NCBI GenBank assembly: GCA_051530055.1
Contig: CM121341.1
Location: 9,898,784-9,962,783 of the forward strand
Direction of reading: 5' to 3'
Origin: Neoechinorhynchus agilis
Lineage: Eukaryota; Animalia; Acanthocephala
DNA length: 64,000 nt
Shown: positions 36,941-48,799 of the stretch, in pieces
Layout of the letters: every line of letters starts with the position of its first letter
Numbering within the stretch: position 1 is the stretch's first letter
Notes under the pieces: generated by a model
The model's database searches: none
The model's input: the letters and a program-made list of their open reading frames with translations, nothing else
Told to the model about the DNA's origin: nothing
Made by a program: the position numbers and the translations under genes

Positions 36941-37390
36941 ACTGATTATCGAGATGACTAAAAACTGGGCAGTCGTTCGAGGTGCCAACTTGACTTCTAC
37001 TGTTGGCGATCCTATCACAATGCCCTGGTGGCGGCGAGCTTACTACCGAGTGTTAGTCAGCGTACGTAATAGGCAACAATTAAAGCGCTTTGCGGTTATG
37101 GGGCATTTGTTATGGGCTCATTTAGTTGGGCATTATGGTGATTCCTATTTGCCCTACTTGTGGACTGAGTCAACTGTGGCGAGCTACACGGTGCATTGCC
37201 CTGTCAAGGACGCCACTTCTGTCAAGCTGCGTAAACAGGGTTGTCCCTTTCCGGGCAGGCGGGCGAATTGTGTTCCCTACGTTGATGATCAACTCGAGCA
37301 AGGTTCCCGACTGGGGGTTGTAGAGCCAAATAGCCAGTATACAGACCAGGGTAACCAATCTCACGCCACGCGTCCACCCAGCGCTGCTAA
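36938..37390 (+). other. Noda-like virus protein A fragment, piece 3 (region approaching the RdRp)
   Basis: Overlaps piece 2 by ~105 bp (7 substitutions, 1 gap). Continues NLTSTVGDPITMPWWRR...; in a shifted frame SQIASIQTRV resembles the nodavirus SI..RV motif upstream of the RdRp core. Confidence 0.55.
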
Positions 37391-38525
37391 GCCCGAAACT
37401 TGCCCACGACAATGCCCTCAGCCTCCCAGCTGTGGTACTCATGAGCGTAGACGTCGCCGCCTCTCGTGGTCATCGTGACGAACTCATTTTGGACTCGTCC
37501 TGTTACCTCTCCATCAAACAAACTGAACTCTGCAGCGGGACGGTAACGCGCAAACTCATGGGTTATAATGACAAAGGGTGAGTTACAAGCGTCAGTAAAA
37601 TTCAACAAGTGGAATGTAAAAGTCCCACATAAGACAGCACAGCCATCTTATTTGGATCAGTGCACTCCTGGAGTCTATGATAACACAGTGATGGTGAGTC
37701 AACAGACAACAGCGTGGCTTTATCAATGACAGTGATGTTCAGGTAGCAGATGTGGTCGGTTTGCAGGGTGTCCCTCTTCGCAGACCCTCCTACATCACGA
37801 TAGGCTTTGTTGGCCAGCCTCTTCATAACGGAATCAGCAAACTCTTCCAGCTGGGCTCTGACGTAAGCCATGGTCAGGTGCCCTGTCAAGTCATTGCTTT
37901 GAACGAGTGGATGATCCTTGGTGAACTGCTTGAACAGTGCTTTGATCGTTCCAACTTCAATAGGCAATACAGGAGCATCTTGCTTAATACCATATCCAAT
38001 ACACCGGCAACACCACAACATGACAGCCCTTGACACGAACAAAGTGACATACATCGCTGTGCCCAATACGACGAAACAGATAGCGGCCCAGACAACTGGG
38101 ACAATCAACTTAATCAAATCAATGGCAGTCCAGAACGATAGATAATTCAACACTTGGTGACGAGGTACCTCGAACCCCAGGGCAGCATACAAGCTGCAAA
38201 TTAGTGGGATTTTTCGGGTCAATTCACATTGTCGAATGATCGAATCTGCAGAATGGCGAGACAATCGACGTAACAAAACGTCGGATACCTGTTTCTCGAG
38301 CACGCGTCGCAAACACACGAGGTGCCAGGGCTCCTTTCCCGAAAGTAAGCTGCTGGCAACGCTTACACTATCAATGACAGGTATAACCATCGTGCCGAGG
38401 GAGTAAACTAATCTGGTCCAAAAGCGCTCGAACAAGCCAATAGCAGCTGGGATACCACAAACCATTAGGAACAGTGGTAGCACAGTCGTGAAGGGCGAGA
38501 AAATCAGTCGAATCAGGAAAATCAT
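37390..38525 (-). other. Noda-like virus protein A N-terminus: hydrophobic anchor and capping methyltransferase, piece 1
   Basis: GHLTMAYVR (37883), RDVGGSAKRD (37799), CYHRLQEC, (Y)VDFYI after a frameshift, and PFVIITHEF..DGE..V..TTRGGDVYAHEYHSW. This parallels Flock House virus H..A.R / VDYY / HTF..VSGGA.WVH.VWDW. Confidence 0.8.
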
Positions 38526-38934
38526 GATCAGAGGAATCGGTGTGCAAGGATGAAAGATCGCAACCGCAGGTCGCTGTTAATATTCTGTCGACCGCGACCG
38601 ACTTAATGTACAAAAACATCGAGGTTTTAGGTCAGACGGTGGGCAATCTCAGGGATTTCTACCATGCGGAATCTAATCCCGTCCGCTTTTCTTCAACTTT
38701 TAATAAGTTCAAAATAAAGCGTCCACGATGCAATGACCTAAATGAACGTACATTCCTAAGCGAAAATTGGAATATCGACGTTTCCAATAATTTCGATCAA
38801 TATTACTTATATTGAGGTTGTAGTGAGCATTAACGACGTCATAAGGTCCATGTTAACGTTTTCCGTGTTATGTTGAATAAATAAGCCATTTTTGTGCAAC
38901 GACAGTAGATTTTTCGATCTACTGATGCCAGCCG

Positions 38935-39399
38935 TCGTTAATTACGCGCGACTTTGTTCCTGGGGTCAATCAATAGTAATTTTCATGTACCCAGTTAGGT
39001 GGTCTTATATCACTGGCGACCAAAAGAACTTGGCCAATACTGTTCCAAAACATGCATCTAGCTATGTCATTGGGTCTTACAGGCAGCACAATGTTCAGGC
39101 TGTGCATGAAGGTCAAGACTACGTCTTCAAATCGTTTGACAATCACACTGTCACGTTGGGCTCCATTCGCGCCACCACGGTCATGCAAGCAGCCTTTCAG
39201 GTTGCTTTTTTAGAGAGAATTGAGAATTGGGCTGGCGTGTGCCGCACTCTTATCAGCCACAATGATGACAAAATGGAGGTTATTGATATGGCGGCCCAAC
39301 TGATTATCGAGATGGCTAACGACTGGGCAGTCGTTCGAAGTGTTAACTTGACTTCTATTGTTGCGATCCTATCACAATGCCCTGGTGGCGGCGAGCTTA
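38935..39399 (+). other. Noda-like virus protein A fragment, piece 2 (post-methyltransferase region)
   Basis: Open frame QSIVIFMYPVRW...AAQLIIEMANDWAVVRSVNLTS; shares its 3' 104 bp with piece 3. Confidence 0.55.
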
Positions 39400-39429
39400 G
39401 AGTTGCTTCATTTATGAATTTTGATTCCA

Positions 39430-40050
39430 AGAATATTTTCTAATTGGCGGTGGGTTTAGGGTTGCTTTTCGATGTAGTGTTCGTCTCATTCTTCTCTCGC
39501 TGAAAACTCATCCTCGTCTTCATTAAGGACCTTTTAATTGCCCAATTCGGATATCCTTCCTCTCTGAGCATTGATGTTATTGAGTCAATTCCTTGCCTCC
39601 GTCATTTCTCCTCGGAGCATATTCTCATAGCTCTCCTGAATAAGGCATCCGATGCTGCTATCTTGTATCTCACAGGGTGGTCAAGTCCAGTTTTGGTTCG
39701 CCACAGTTTTTCTTGAGTATTTTATCCGTCAACTCAATGGCCTCTTGAAGAGGAATGTTAGTGAATAAAGATTTAATATCGGCCGTTATAAACCATGATA
39801 TGTTTGATGGAAGATTCCGCACTTCTGCGAAATTCATCAATAAAGCAACGCTGAACAAATTACAACCTCCTATAAGAAGATGCGAGACCCACTCGGTGTC
39901 AATATATTCAAAAGCAGCAACGAAGTTGGCGGGTATATTCAAAAAGAAACCAAAACAAGAGGATAAAAGTATAATCTAAAAAGTACCATGCAGACAATGC
40001 GGAAAATATTATGTTGGACAAACAATTCAAGGACTAAAAAAGCGCCCCCC
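39430..40050. mobile_element. Penelope-like fragments in opposite orientations
   Basis: Minus 39790-39480: ADIKSLFTNIPLQE and HPVRYKIAA..LFRRAMRIC. Plus 39820-40050: II*KVPCRQCGKYYVGQT (GIY-YIG). Confidence 0.8.
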
Positions 40051-40869
40051 CTTTTCCTTTGAAAATCGGGATCATAATACTTCACCTCGATTCGTCTGGA
40101 ATCCGCTCAATATCGAAGATACGTCGTACAAATTTAGTCAATAAATGAATAGCATCATCTCTAAATTTTTCGATCTACTGATGCCAGCTACCACAACAAT
40201 TGGTGACCCCGACGCTGTCGACCGTGGTTCGACAGTAGAAGCGAATAGCAACTTGTATACCTTCCGTTTACAAGCGTAAACATTATTATTGTGATTTGAG
40301 TTTTGAAAACTATTTACAATCTACCGCCGTCATTATCATGAAATAAAAAGACATCAGGTGTACCAATACCATTATTCGCTTTATGGAGATCGCTACCACG
40401 CCCAAAAGGAAAAGTTTATTTGTGTGTGGCGCTAAAACCAAAGGGATGCCCTAATACTTCAATGCAACAAACTGATTTCACCAATTACACAAAAAATGCA
40501 CTACATTTTTAAAAGAAAGTTGGAATGTGGAAGTCTTCAATAATTTCAAACGAAGTTTCCATTATTCGCTCCCAAATCGCTCGACTCATCTTAGAACAAC
40601 AAAGAACGATGGGAGGAACACAAATGCAACAATAGAAAGCGGACAGCGATTTGGAAATTACGAAAAAATAGAAGAATTCAAGCTCTATGTGATGATTCGG
40701 CGCCCGTTTAAAAAAATTATCGTCATTTTTATTGAAAAAATTAATTTCTGAGAAGTTGCCATTTAGTCTTCTTGCTCCAAGTGTTTTTAATTTAACGTCG
40801 ATTTTATCCGTTTTCTAAGGTGTTACAGGTTTTCTAGAATGGAAACTAACAATCGATTTTAAGTGGATA

Positions 40870-41065
40870 TCCTATCAAGTCCAGAGTTCCGATCTAATGA
40901 TGAATGTCCCACTACAAAACGAAAAAAGATGTTAAATCTATTCTTGCGCTGAAGAAACGTGGAAGGATTGATCCTGAAATATACCAAAAACATCGTTCCA
41001 GTAACGGAATGACATCGATTATGTAGTTATTGGCCAAAGTTCATAAGTCCCCATTAAAGATCAAC
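40870..41065 (+). mobile_element. Penelope-like RT N-terminal fragment
   Basis: LKKRGRIDPEIYQK...LLAKVHKSPLK, comparable to PKIHK/AKIHK in the other PLE copies. Confidence 0.55.
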
Positions 41066-41358
41066 GCTACAAATTTCATCACTTTTGTGTGCTGTTCTCT
41101 TCTTGGCATAAGGGTAAAAGAAAATATTTTACGGTTGATATTATCGTTGTGATTGCCACACTAAATAAAAGGGTGTATTATATATTTAAAAAATAATTCC
41201 CCTTATCTTATATAGATTCTCGTTTGAACTGGAAATGGCGATTTTTTGCTAAGATTTATTCCCAGGAATCTTTCCTTTAATTTTCAAGTTTCATTTGTCG
41301 TGGCTTCTTCGCGGGACCAATCAGAGGCACAATAAAAAATTAAATCAGTGAATAGTTT

Positions 41359-41547
41359 CCGCCATTAACGAAAAAGGATTTTGCTCTCGTACGTTAAATT
41401 AATGTACGTTGAGATCGCTCTTCGCCATTTTAAGTTAAAAGTGCCAACCTTCTCCGCCATTAACGAAAAAGGATTTTGCTCTCGTACGTTAAATTAATGT
41501 ACGTTGAGATCGCTCTTCGCCATTTTAAGTTAAAAGTGCCAACCTTC
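41359..41547. repeat. Exact tandem duplication, 2 x 95 bp
   Basis: CCGCCATTAACGAAAAAGG... at 41359 and 41454. Confidence 0.92.
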
Positions 41548-42559
41548 ACGAATCAATGCTGTACATTTTGTTAGCTTTACCTTGTCTTACAATATAACAC
41601 CGTCCATAAAATTGTAATTGAGCGCTTCCTTCGCCTCCTTTTCTTCGTATTGGATCTCCCTAAGAGGTTATCACACCGATTTAGATAAATCGATAACTTC
41701 AGCAGTTTAAAATATGCGATAATCGGTCGCTCTTAAGTTTTTACAGGTGAGACATCAAGAATCTGTACTTTACGCACAGTATTATAGCCGGAACTTTCCT
41801 TCATTTAAGAGAAAGCAGATTGTTGTATTTAATTTAAAGTATTTGCGTTCCTTTCCAGCCCTTCGCTACGATTTTCATACTTTTTTATTTGTTCAACATT
41901 TTAGTTCTCGCTGCACTGTTCAATAATACGCTCGACCGAATTCTATTCATTATAAAGTTTAATTTTTAAATGCCTTGATAGCACCCTGAAGTAGTCATTG
42001 TTATAAATTAGATCAATCGACTTAGCATCCTATGTTTCTCAGAATTCTAAGTGAAAACGTTCCGTTACTGAAAATACATTCTAAACTCAACCGAGTCAAA
42101 CTTATGGTACACAGACGTTTGTGATTTGTGTGGAAGGTTCTCTGTTTATAACAAGACTGTATTTAGTGCAGAAGTTTAATCATAAATGAATTTAGTTGTT
42201 CATAGATTAACCTTATCCGTCATATTCCGTAACACCGAGTGGCCGCTTAACTCCTTTTTTCCACCTATGCGGCTATATTTGAATTAATGTGATTTTCAAG
42301 TACAAAAAGGAGGATAACATGTCGCATTGTAGTTTAGATTGCAAATAAAAGATACAATGCACTGCTACATTAGAATCAAGCATACATTTTCACACCTAAA
42401 AAATATAAAAACACAAACTTCAAGCGCACACACAAAAATTAGGGATTTAAAAACCTAGAAATGATCCATCAGAGGAAATCTCTGCCTTCCTGTAGATTCA
42501 TTACATACTCTACCATTCTCCTTTGTTCCTCTTCAGTTTCCAAATTTATCAATTTTCTC

Positions 42560-43290
42560 ATTTCACTTTCAGCCTCCGTGCCGCCGTATTGAAAGAAGAA
42601 ACAAAAACCGACAGTATTTTATCAAAAATCCGCCAATACTTTAAATATGACTGGTCAAACTTTTTGGGAAAAAGAATTCAACACTTTCCATGGGAAAAGA
42701 ACTGAATTTTCGTTGGAAGATGGCGTTTTGTTTTGGTTGAGAAGGATGATTACACTGACAAGTCTTATACAGGTGGTCTTAACCAGTTTGCATACCGGCC
42801 ATCCAGGAATGGCCTCAATGAAATCATTGGGTGGTCTCAACTCTCAGTCAACGCATTAATTGAGCTCTCGTGATTTTCCGTAATAGCATCATCCTTAAAT
42901 TTTTGTGGCAACATGTACTCCGTGTCAGTGTGTCTGACCTTCAAGGCCCGAGGTACCTCTAGAACAGCGAAACATTCCGTCCAAGGCATACAACATATTG
43001 ATTTTGCCAGCCCAAAGAATAACACATACTTGCTGGTCGTGGTGGACGCCCACAGTAAATGGCCTGAGGTGATTCAGATGCGATCGTGCAAGACACCCAC
43101 GGTAATTTTACGATTATGCGAGATGTTTGCTAGATTTGGTGTACCAAAGAAAATTATCTTCAGATCCGAAGGCTTCAAAGAATTTTTGGATTAAAACAAC
43201 ATTCGTTTAAGACACGCGACTCCGTATCATCCAAAGAGTAATGGGTTAGCTGAGCGTTTTATAAGGACGATAAAAAGTCGGATAATTAAT
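42560..43290 (+). mobile_element. Ty3/Gypsy integrase fragment, frameshifted
   Basis: LHTGHPG, HIDFA, YLLVVVDAHSKWPEV, FARFGVP and YHPKSNGLAERFIRT. Confidence 0.88.
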
Positions 43291-43318
43291 GTGTAAAGAA
43301 ATATGGATGCGCAGGCCG

Positions 43319-43760
43319 TTAAGACTGCAACAATTCTGCAAGGAATTTCAGGAGGTGTTCTGGCGGTCTGCCTCTAGAGAAGAAGACAAGGCCCGAAATG
43401 TCCCAAGAATTCCAGACCGATTTGATCGCGTTTAGTCCAAGACCTAGACTAAACGCACTCTTGGCTTGGATTCTGGCAATCTTCAGCAGCTTCTTGAGCT
43501 TAAATATGTTGTGCGTAATACTCAAATGAATACTGAAAGTATACCCCAGAATATCAATCTTATTATAATGGGGGAGGCTATCCAGCTTAAAGAAGTCCGA
43601 GCAGAATTCTCTGGCTTTGCGTTTCCCTAGCACTGATTTAGATTTTAAAATAAATCTAGTTTTGTTGGGATTGAGCTCGAGGCCCATCCGAGAAAGCTTC
43701 TCAATGAGAAAGGAAAAATAGGCTGCGATGAACAGACGATTCGAACCCAAATTTTTCTCT
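43319..43760 (-). mobile_element. LINE RT C-terminal fragment
   Basis: LSRMGLELNPNKT and DILGYTF (post-motif-C region). Confidence 0.6.
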
Positions 43761-43789
43761 ACCGATGACATAGTTGCGCCGGAGGCCGA

Positions 43790-44980
43790 CTTGTCGGAAG
43801 AAGTTGAGCCAACAATCTTCACAAGCTTCAGAGAGGTGGCGCTGAGGACACCAGACTGGCAGTGCGGGGAGTTGCCGGAGGCACTCCGACGTATGATCCC
43901 GTCTGCGTGGTTGCTCAGTGAGGATAACGGGAGCTTCCGATTGGGACTCTCATTGGTTTATAATTATGAGCAAGGAGGCAGGGTTTGGAATCGGGATATT
44001 GAGGTGCGGTTTTCCACAGTGAGAGAAGGCGTGCAATGTAGGTATCTGAGTTCGGGAAGGAGTACGAACGAATATCCCCCCTGACACTGTTGGAGATGTG
44101 CTCAGGACTGACTGATATAGTGAGAGACGGGGCCTGGCTACAAGCACTCAAGAACACAAGTCAGTTTGTGGGAGGAGTAAGAGCACAGGATTATCAGCCC
44201 GGGCACGCCAAGGCGATAAAGACACTCATGAGCAGGAAAGTGCAGCCGGAGAGGTTCGTGATGCGCATGGCTGCGGTGTATTGCGCACAAGCATTGAGAG
44301 AGGCAGGAGCACAAACTAAACGCCGCCTGGGCGGGGCACGGACATTGCGGTGGTTGAACGTCAACAACAGTCAGGCTCATGGCGATTTATTGATACAAGC
44401 AGTGATGGGGAGAAGTGACATCGTGTACGTACCGTCCGAAGTGGGCGACCCCCGTACAGTGCTGGCGGCGGTATGCCTTGCCGCTTCGCCAGAGTTCCCA
44501 TTCCGGGACATGCTTCTTGGGCGGACAGCCTGGCCCAACATAAACAATCCATTGATAGCATATAGCAGGCTGCTAGATACAGAGTATGATTTGGAGGAAT
44601 TGAACCTGCCGGCAACAGAGTTGTGGAACATCTATTCTCGAATCTGCCATCATTACGGAAGGACAAATCTCTGGTGGAACATGGTGCGAGGAGTAATGTT
44701 TGATGCGCTCCGAGTGGAAAATCTCGCTTTCCAGGGCCCACTGCTGGAACAGTACACGCCAATGGAGCAGTGACCAGCCCCCTACATAGATGAAATGGTG
44801 CGCGAGGCGATGATGCGGCACATCCTCCTATCCAGTTGCTATGGAGAAGCAACACAATGGGCATGGGAGGCCGAGTGGCTAACTCGATGCTCTTGAGAGA
44901 TTTAACAACATGGACGGGTGCTTGACAGCCCGCGTCGCGGATCTGCTGGCGCGGACAGGATGGAAGCGAAACTTATCCGC
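43790..44980 (+). other. GC-rich, long, coding-like insert; probable toti-like (dsRNA virus) capsid fragment
   Basis: ~400 codons in one orientation with a frameshift at ~44080 and a stop at 44773. No retroelement or host motif; composition foreign to the AT-rich host. ERFVMR, DIVYVP..AAVCLAA and WPNI segments resemble toti-like capsids as recalled. Confidence 0.45.
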
Positions 44981-45669
44981 AGGGTGATGGTGGCATCTCA
45001 GGAAACGGCTACTGGCGCAGAGGAAATGAAGAAACGCACATCCCAGGCGTCGTTGAAGGACCTTAGGGCAATGTCCGAAGAGTTCGAGAACTTGGAAGAA
45101 TCAGTTTAGAGGCAGTGGGAACTTTGACTGCCTCAGAGAGAGCCTCCCTTGGCGGCGTGGGTTTTCTGAAGGATACAACCCAGAGTCAGGGTTTTCGGTC
45201 TGGGACTTCTTTGGCAGGCCGGGTCTCCCCACCCATGACCCGAGCGAAGTCGAGGGTGTCCAAAGCGCGAGAGACGGCTGCCAGCCCGCCACCGGGGCCG
45301 GCAACAACGGAGCCCAGCGACCGACAAGCTGCATTGGGTGCGGATGCAGCCTCCAATTCATCTACACTCAATATCGGACCCTCAAAGAAGGCTTCTCGGA
45401 AACGAGGAGGTCAATGAGCCGGAGACCTAGTTGCTGTGGATAGACAACAAAGAGTGTGTTGTCTCCAGGATTGTTTGTGTTCGGCGACAAACGTAGAGAG
45501 GGACACCCAAACTGGGCGAGAGCGAAGGCTCGCGCGGCGATAGCAAGAGTGGAGAGGAGAAAACACTGTTGCGGGCTGGCGCCGGAGGCCTGGTTGCGCA
45601 TATTGCGGACTCTTGATGCTGCTAGCATTTTGGCCAGCGCCGATGAATGGGAGCGTTGATGAAACTAAA

Positions 45670-46130
45670 TTATGTATGCTCGACAAAGAAATAAAAATGA
45701 ACAATTAAAAAAAAATATTTCGAGATCAAACCCATATAGTTAAGCTCCTTGATGATGACCGTCAGATCTTCTGCATACCAAGTGACAGAAGGGCATATTG
45801 AACAGTTCTGGTAGACTCTGTCAAATGCTATCTTGATATCAAAGGAGATTAAGATATTCATAGGTCGGACACCGTTAGAAAAATTGCTAATTATTTCTCT
45901 TATTGCTGTGAGCACAGATTTCCCGAGTAAAAAGCTATGGCAGCGGTTATCGATGCAGCCGTGTTCCATAGCGAATCCAGTATCCAAAATTAATTCTGGC
46001 CGTTATGCCTCAGACTTTCTGCCCAGTAATTCGGTCCGGACGGAATTTCTTAGCCGGTCCTACCACTTCCTGATACAAACTTCGAAGAACAACATTATCT
46101 GCAACTGTTGGCATCCTTTTTGACTATCAC
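45670..46130 (-). mobile_element. Non-LTR RT fragment
   Basis: HSFLLGKSVLTAI, ISFDIKIAFDRV and WYAED. Confidence 0.65.
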
Positions 46131-46139
46131 TTCAATGAG

Positions 46140-46990
46140 GTGCTCGGTACCTGAATTGCAGTCGAGGGCTTGGACGCGTATGAAGGAGGAATTTGGCGAG
46201 GGTCCAGTCGCTCCTCGCCAATCTTACAATGGGCACAACAATGCCCAAATCCGACCACTCGGCGGATAAATGCCCCAACAAAGGCAGCAACAAATGATAT
46301 GCCAATTGTAGCGGAAAGCACTCTGCTTTCTACAGATGGTGTTCACACTTCAAGAATTACTGGACGTGGTTCCAAAAGCGTCAGGCGAAACATGCAAGCT
46401 CGTTTCTCTGAAGCGATCGCAACCATCGAGAGGAAGATTTGCACCCTCCTTAACAATATATTCAAGCTTCCTGACCTTCTTGCTTCATGTGCCCCAATCC
46501 AAAAAATCCAAAAAACGTGTTCCTTCAACAAAAGGCCCCGGCCCGCAAAGGAAGACATGAGACACGAAAATCAAGAAGCTTAACGATGCAGCGGAGGACA
46601 ACAATGACTATCATATGGAGGTCGAGGAATCGGACAACTAGTTTGTTTCAGCTAACATCGGAATCCAAACGGATTTGATCAACATAGGCACAGCGGATCT
46701 AATCAAGAATGCCTCAGCCAGGAAACCCTGATGGCTCCTATCAGGTATTAGCGGGAATATTTGGGTGCTGCAATGGAACTGTGGTGGGACGACTAATCTC
46801 AGGAAGTTCGCACGTTTTCTACCCGGAGTGTCTATACTCCTTATTCAGGAAACGAACCGCATCTGCAATTTAGATTCTCTGTACCCTCATCTACCTAGTC
46901 GCATCGTCACTCACATCTAGTAATCAAAGCTTCGTCGAGGCGTCAAGCAAGGGTACCCGCTTTCGCCATATTTATTTGCATCCGCCATCG
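46140..46990 (+). mobile_element. LINE ORF1 knuckle, endonuclease start and an RT motif-B scrap
   Basis: DHSADKCP..ANCSGKHSA; VLQWNCGG..LLIQET; GVKQGYPLSPYLF. Confidence 0.6.
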
Positions 46991-48599
46991 ACCCGCTTAT
47001 TCGCGAATTGTCAACATCGGGGGAGGGAGTCCGAATAAGATAACGGTTCGTGGTGTTCGATCCGTTACTACTGGGTCATTAAATCTTAGGTGTATTGAAG
47101 AGCAGTGGATGTCAAAGCTGAAGAAACTCCTGAGCTTTTGAAATTGCTGGAGGTCGGTTCGGTTTTTAGCCAAATGGACCATCATCACGGTAAAGAATGT
47201 CGGCACGCAAGATTTCGCGAATTGAGACAAATGACAGAAGAGGATGAGAGACGGGCCCACCACCATGATTCGACAGTGCTGATAACCGAGCAGGAGGAAG
47301 AGGTGCAAGTTCAGGAACAGGAACCCGCTGACCCATATGAAGGCCTTAGCACCCTCTGCTGTAAACAGCCCATTTTTAAAGGATGCCTTTGAATTTACGG
47401 TGGATCGGGGGAGATGGTTGTTGGAAAGGACTACTTCGTAAATCAATAATCGGTGACTGAAGAAATAATATAAAGACTACACATTGAAAACGTCGGACTG
47501 AGGCAAAGAGGATGGTGTATTATCAATCTCCTGGTTTTAGGAAAAGAAGTGGAAAATCGAAGATCAAGATTTTATGGAAAAATTAGCTAGTGATATCGCA
47601 TTTCAACTAACTGGAAAACGGACGAATGCGCTTCATAAAACATCGTTGTAATCGCGTTGTTAAAGTAGAATAAAGCGTCCACATTGGCAGGCAGCTCAAT
47701 TTATACTTTTCATGGAAAAACATTTTTTGACCCAATTGCCGAAATAAACGTACATCTCTAAACGAAAATTGGAATATCAACGTTTCCAGTAATTTTGAGA
47801 AATACTACTCGCATTGAGCCGCTCGTCCTAAATGCGAAGGTTCCACCATTCGCTTCAAAATCGCTCGATTCATCTTAGAACAAAAAAGAACGAAGAGAGA
47901 AACGCGAGTGCATCGATAGAAAGCGGGCAGCGATTTAGAAGTTACAAAAAAATAGAAGAATTCAAGCTCTGTGTAATGATTTGGCGCCCGTTTAAAAAAA
48001 ATGTCGTCATTTTTCCGCGACGCAATGGCCGAAATAAACGTATATTTTTAAACGAAAATTGGAATATCGACGTTTCCAATAATTTCGAGAAATATTAGTC
48101 ACATTGAGGCGTTCGTCGTTTACACACAATAGAACGCCGTAGCCTGAGCAATTGTCAATTTTGGACATTTGACCTTGCTTGAAGGGGCCTCGATGCGCGC
48201 TCAAATTTAATAAAAATTGCGCTCTCCGTTCAAATAGGAATATACTTGAAGGCAAACCTCCCGATCCTTCGGGTTTTGGTGCAGTCAGTTCATCGTCCGA
48301 TATGGATTGTGAACGAATTACCCGGGATCGAAAGGAAGTAATTGATCAAGGTTTGTTTCGATTCAATGACTCTAACTCCGTTTTTGATGGAGTTTTGGGA
48401 TTATCATATTCTCAAGGTCAGGTGGATGATCATTAGGAATCTGGTAAGTTTTCTGTCGTCTCTGGTCGTGATAGAGACAAAAGTTCTGCCCACAAAAGTA
48501 GTTATGTCCTTCGTCCTGTAAGGAAAGAGGATTACATAGTGATAATCAAAAATGAAGATCTTTCATCAAAAAAGTAATATCAAAAAGTCATCAAAGATT

Positions 48600-48790
48600 T
48601 TGGAAAGTCTTTCCCAATATATGTTGATGACACTTCCATATACCTGCTCTGCTGCCGAGGAATCAAGGTCGCCTTTGGGCGCGGTGCGAATTCCTAACAA
48701 AATCCAAAGAAATTCGTCGATCCAATTGTTTCCGCAGAGGCGAGCTTTCAAAGCCGATTTCAGATTGATCGGTTGAGCAGAGATCCATGG
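48600..48790 (-). mobile_element. Ty3/Gypsy integrase C-terminal core fragment
   Basis: LKSALKARL..W..LLGIRTAPKGDLDSSAAEQVYG. Confidence 0.75.
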
Positions 48791-48799
48791 GACCACCAT

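Larger units (their letters stand above)
35879..38816 (+). repeat. ~281-bp direct repeats (35879-36159 and 38535-38816) flanking the Gypsy RT plus noda-like block
   Basis: Near-identical from AATCGGTGTGCAAGG to TACTTA(C/T)ATTGA; no TG..CA termini. Confidence 0.9.

Noticed and set aside
40938-40985. CTGAAGA...GAAA with a small hairpin
   Set aside because: The spacing is wrong, there is no stem I, and the sequence is explained as Penelope RT coding (LKKRGRIDPEIY).
48179-48436. Pepsin-like FDGVLGLSY motif
   Set aside because: No catalytic DTG/DSG nearby. The context (KPPDP start, RKEDYI) matches the LINE ORF1 N-termini at 6365 and 29517.
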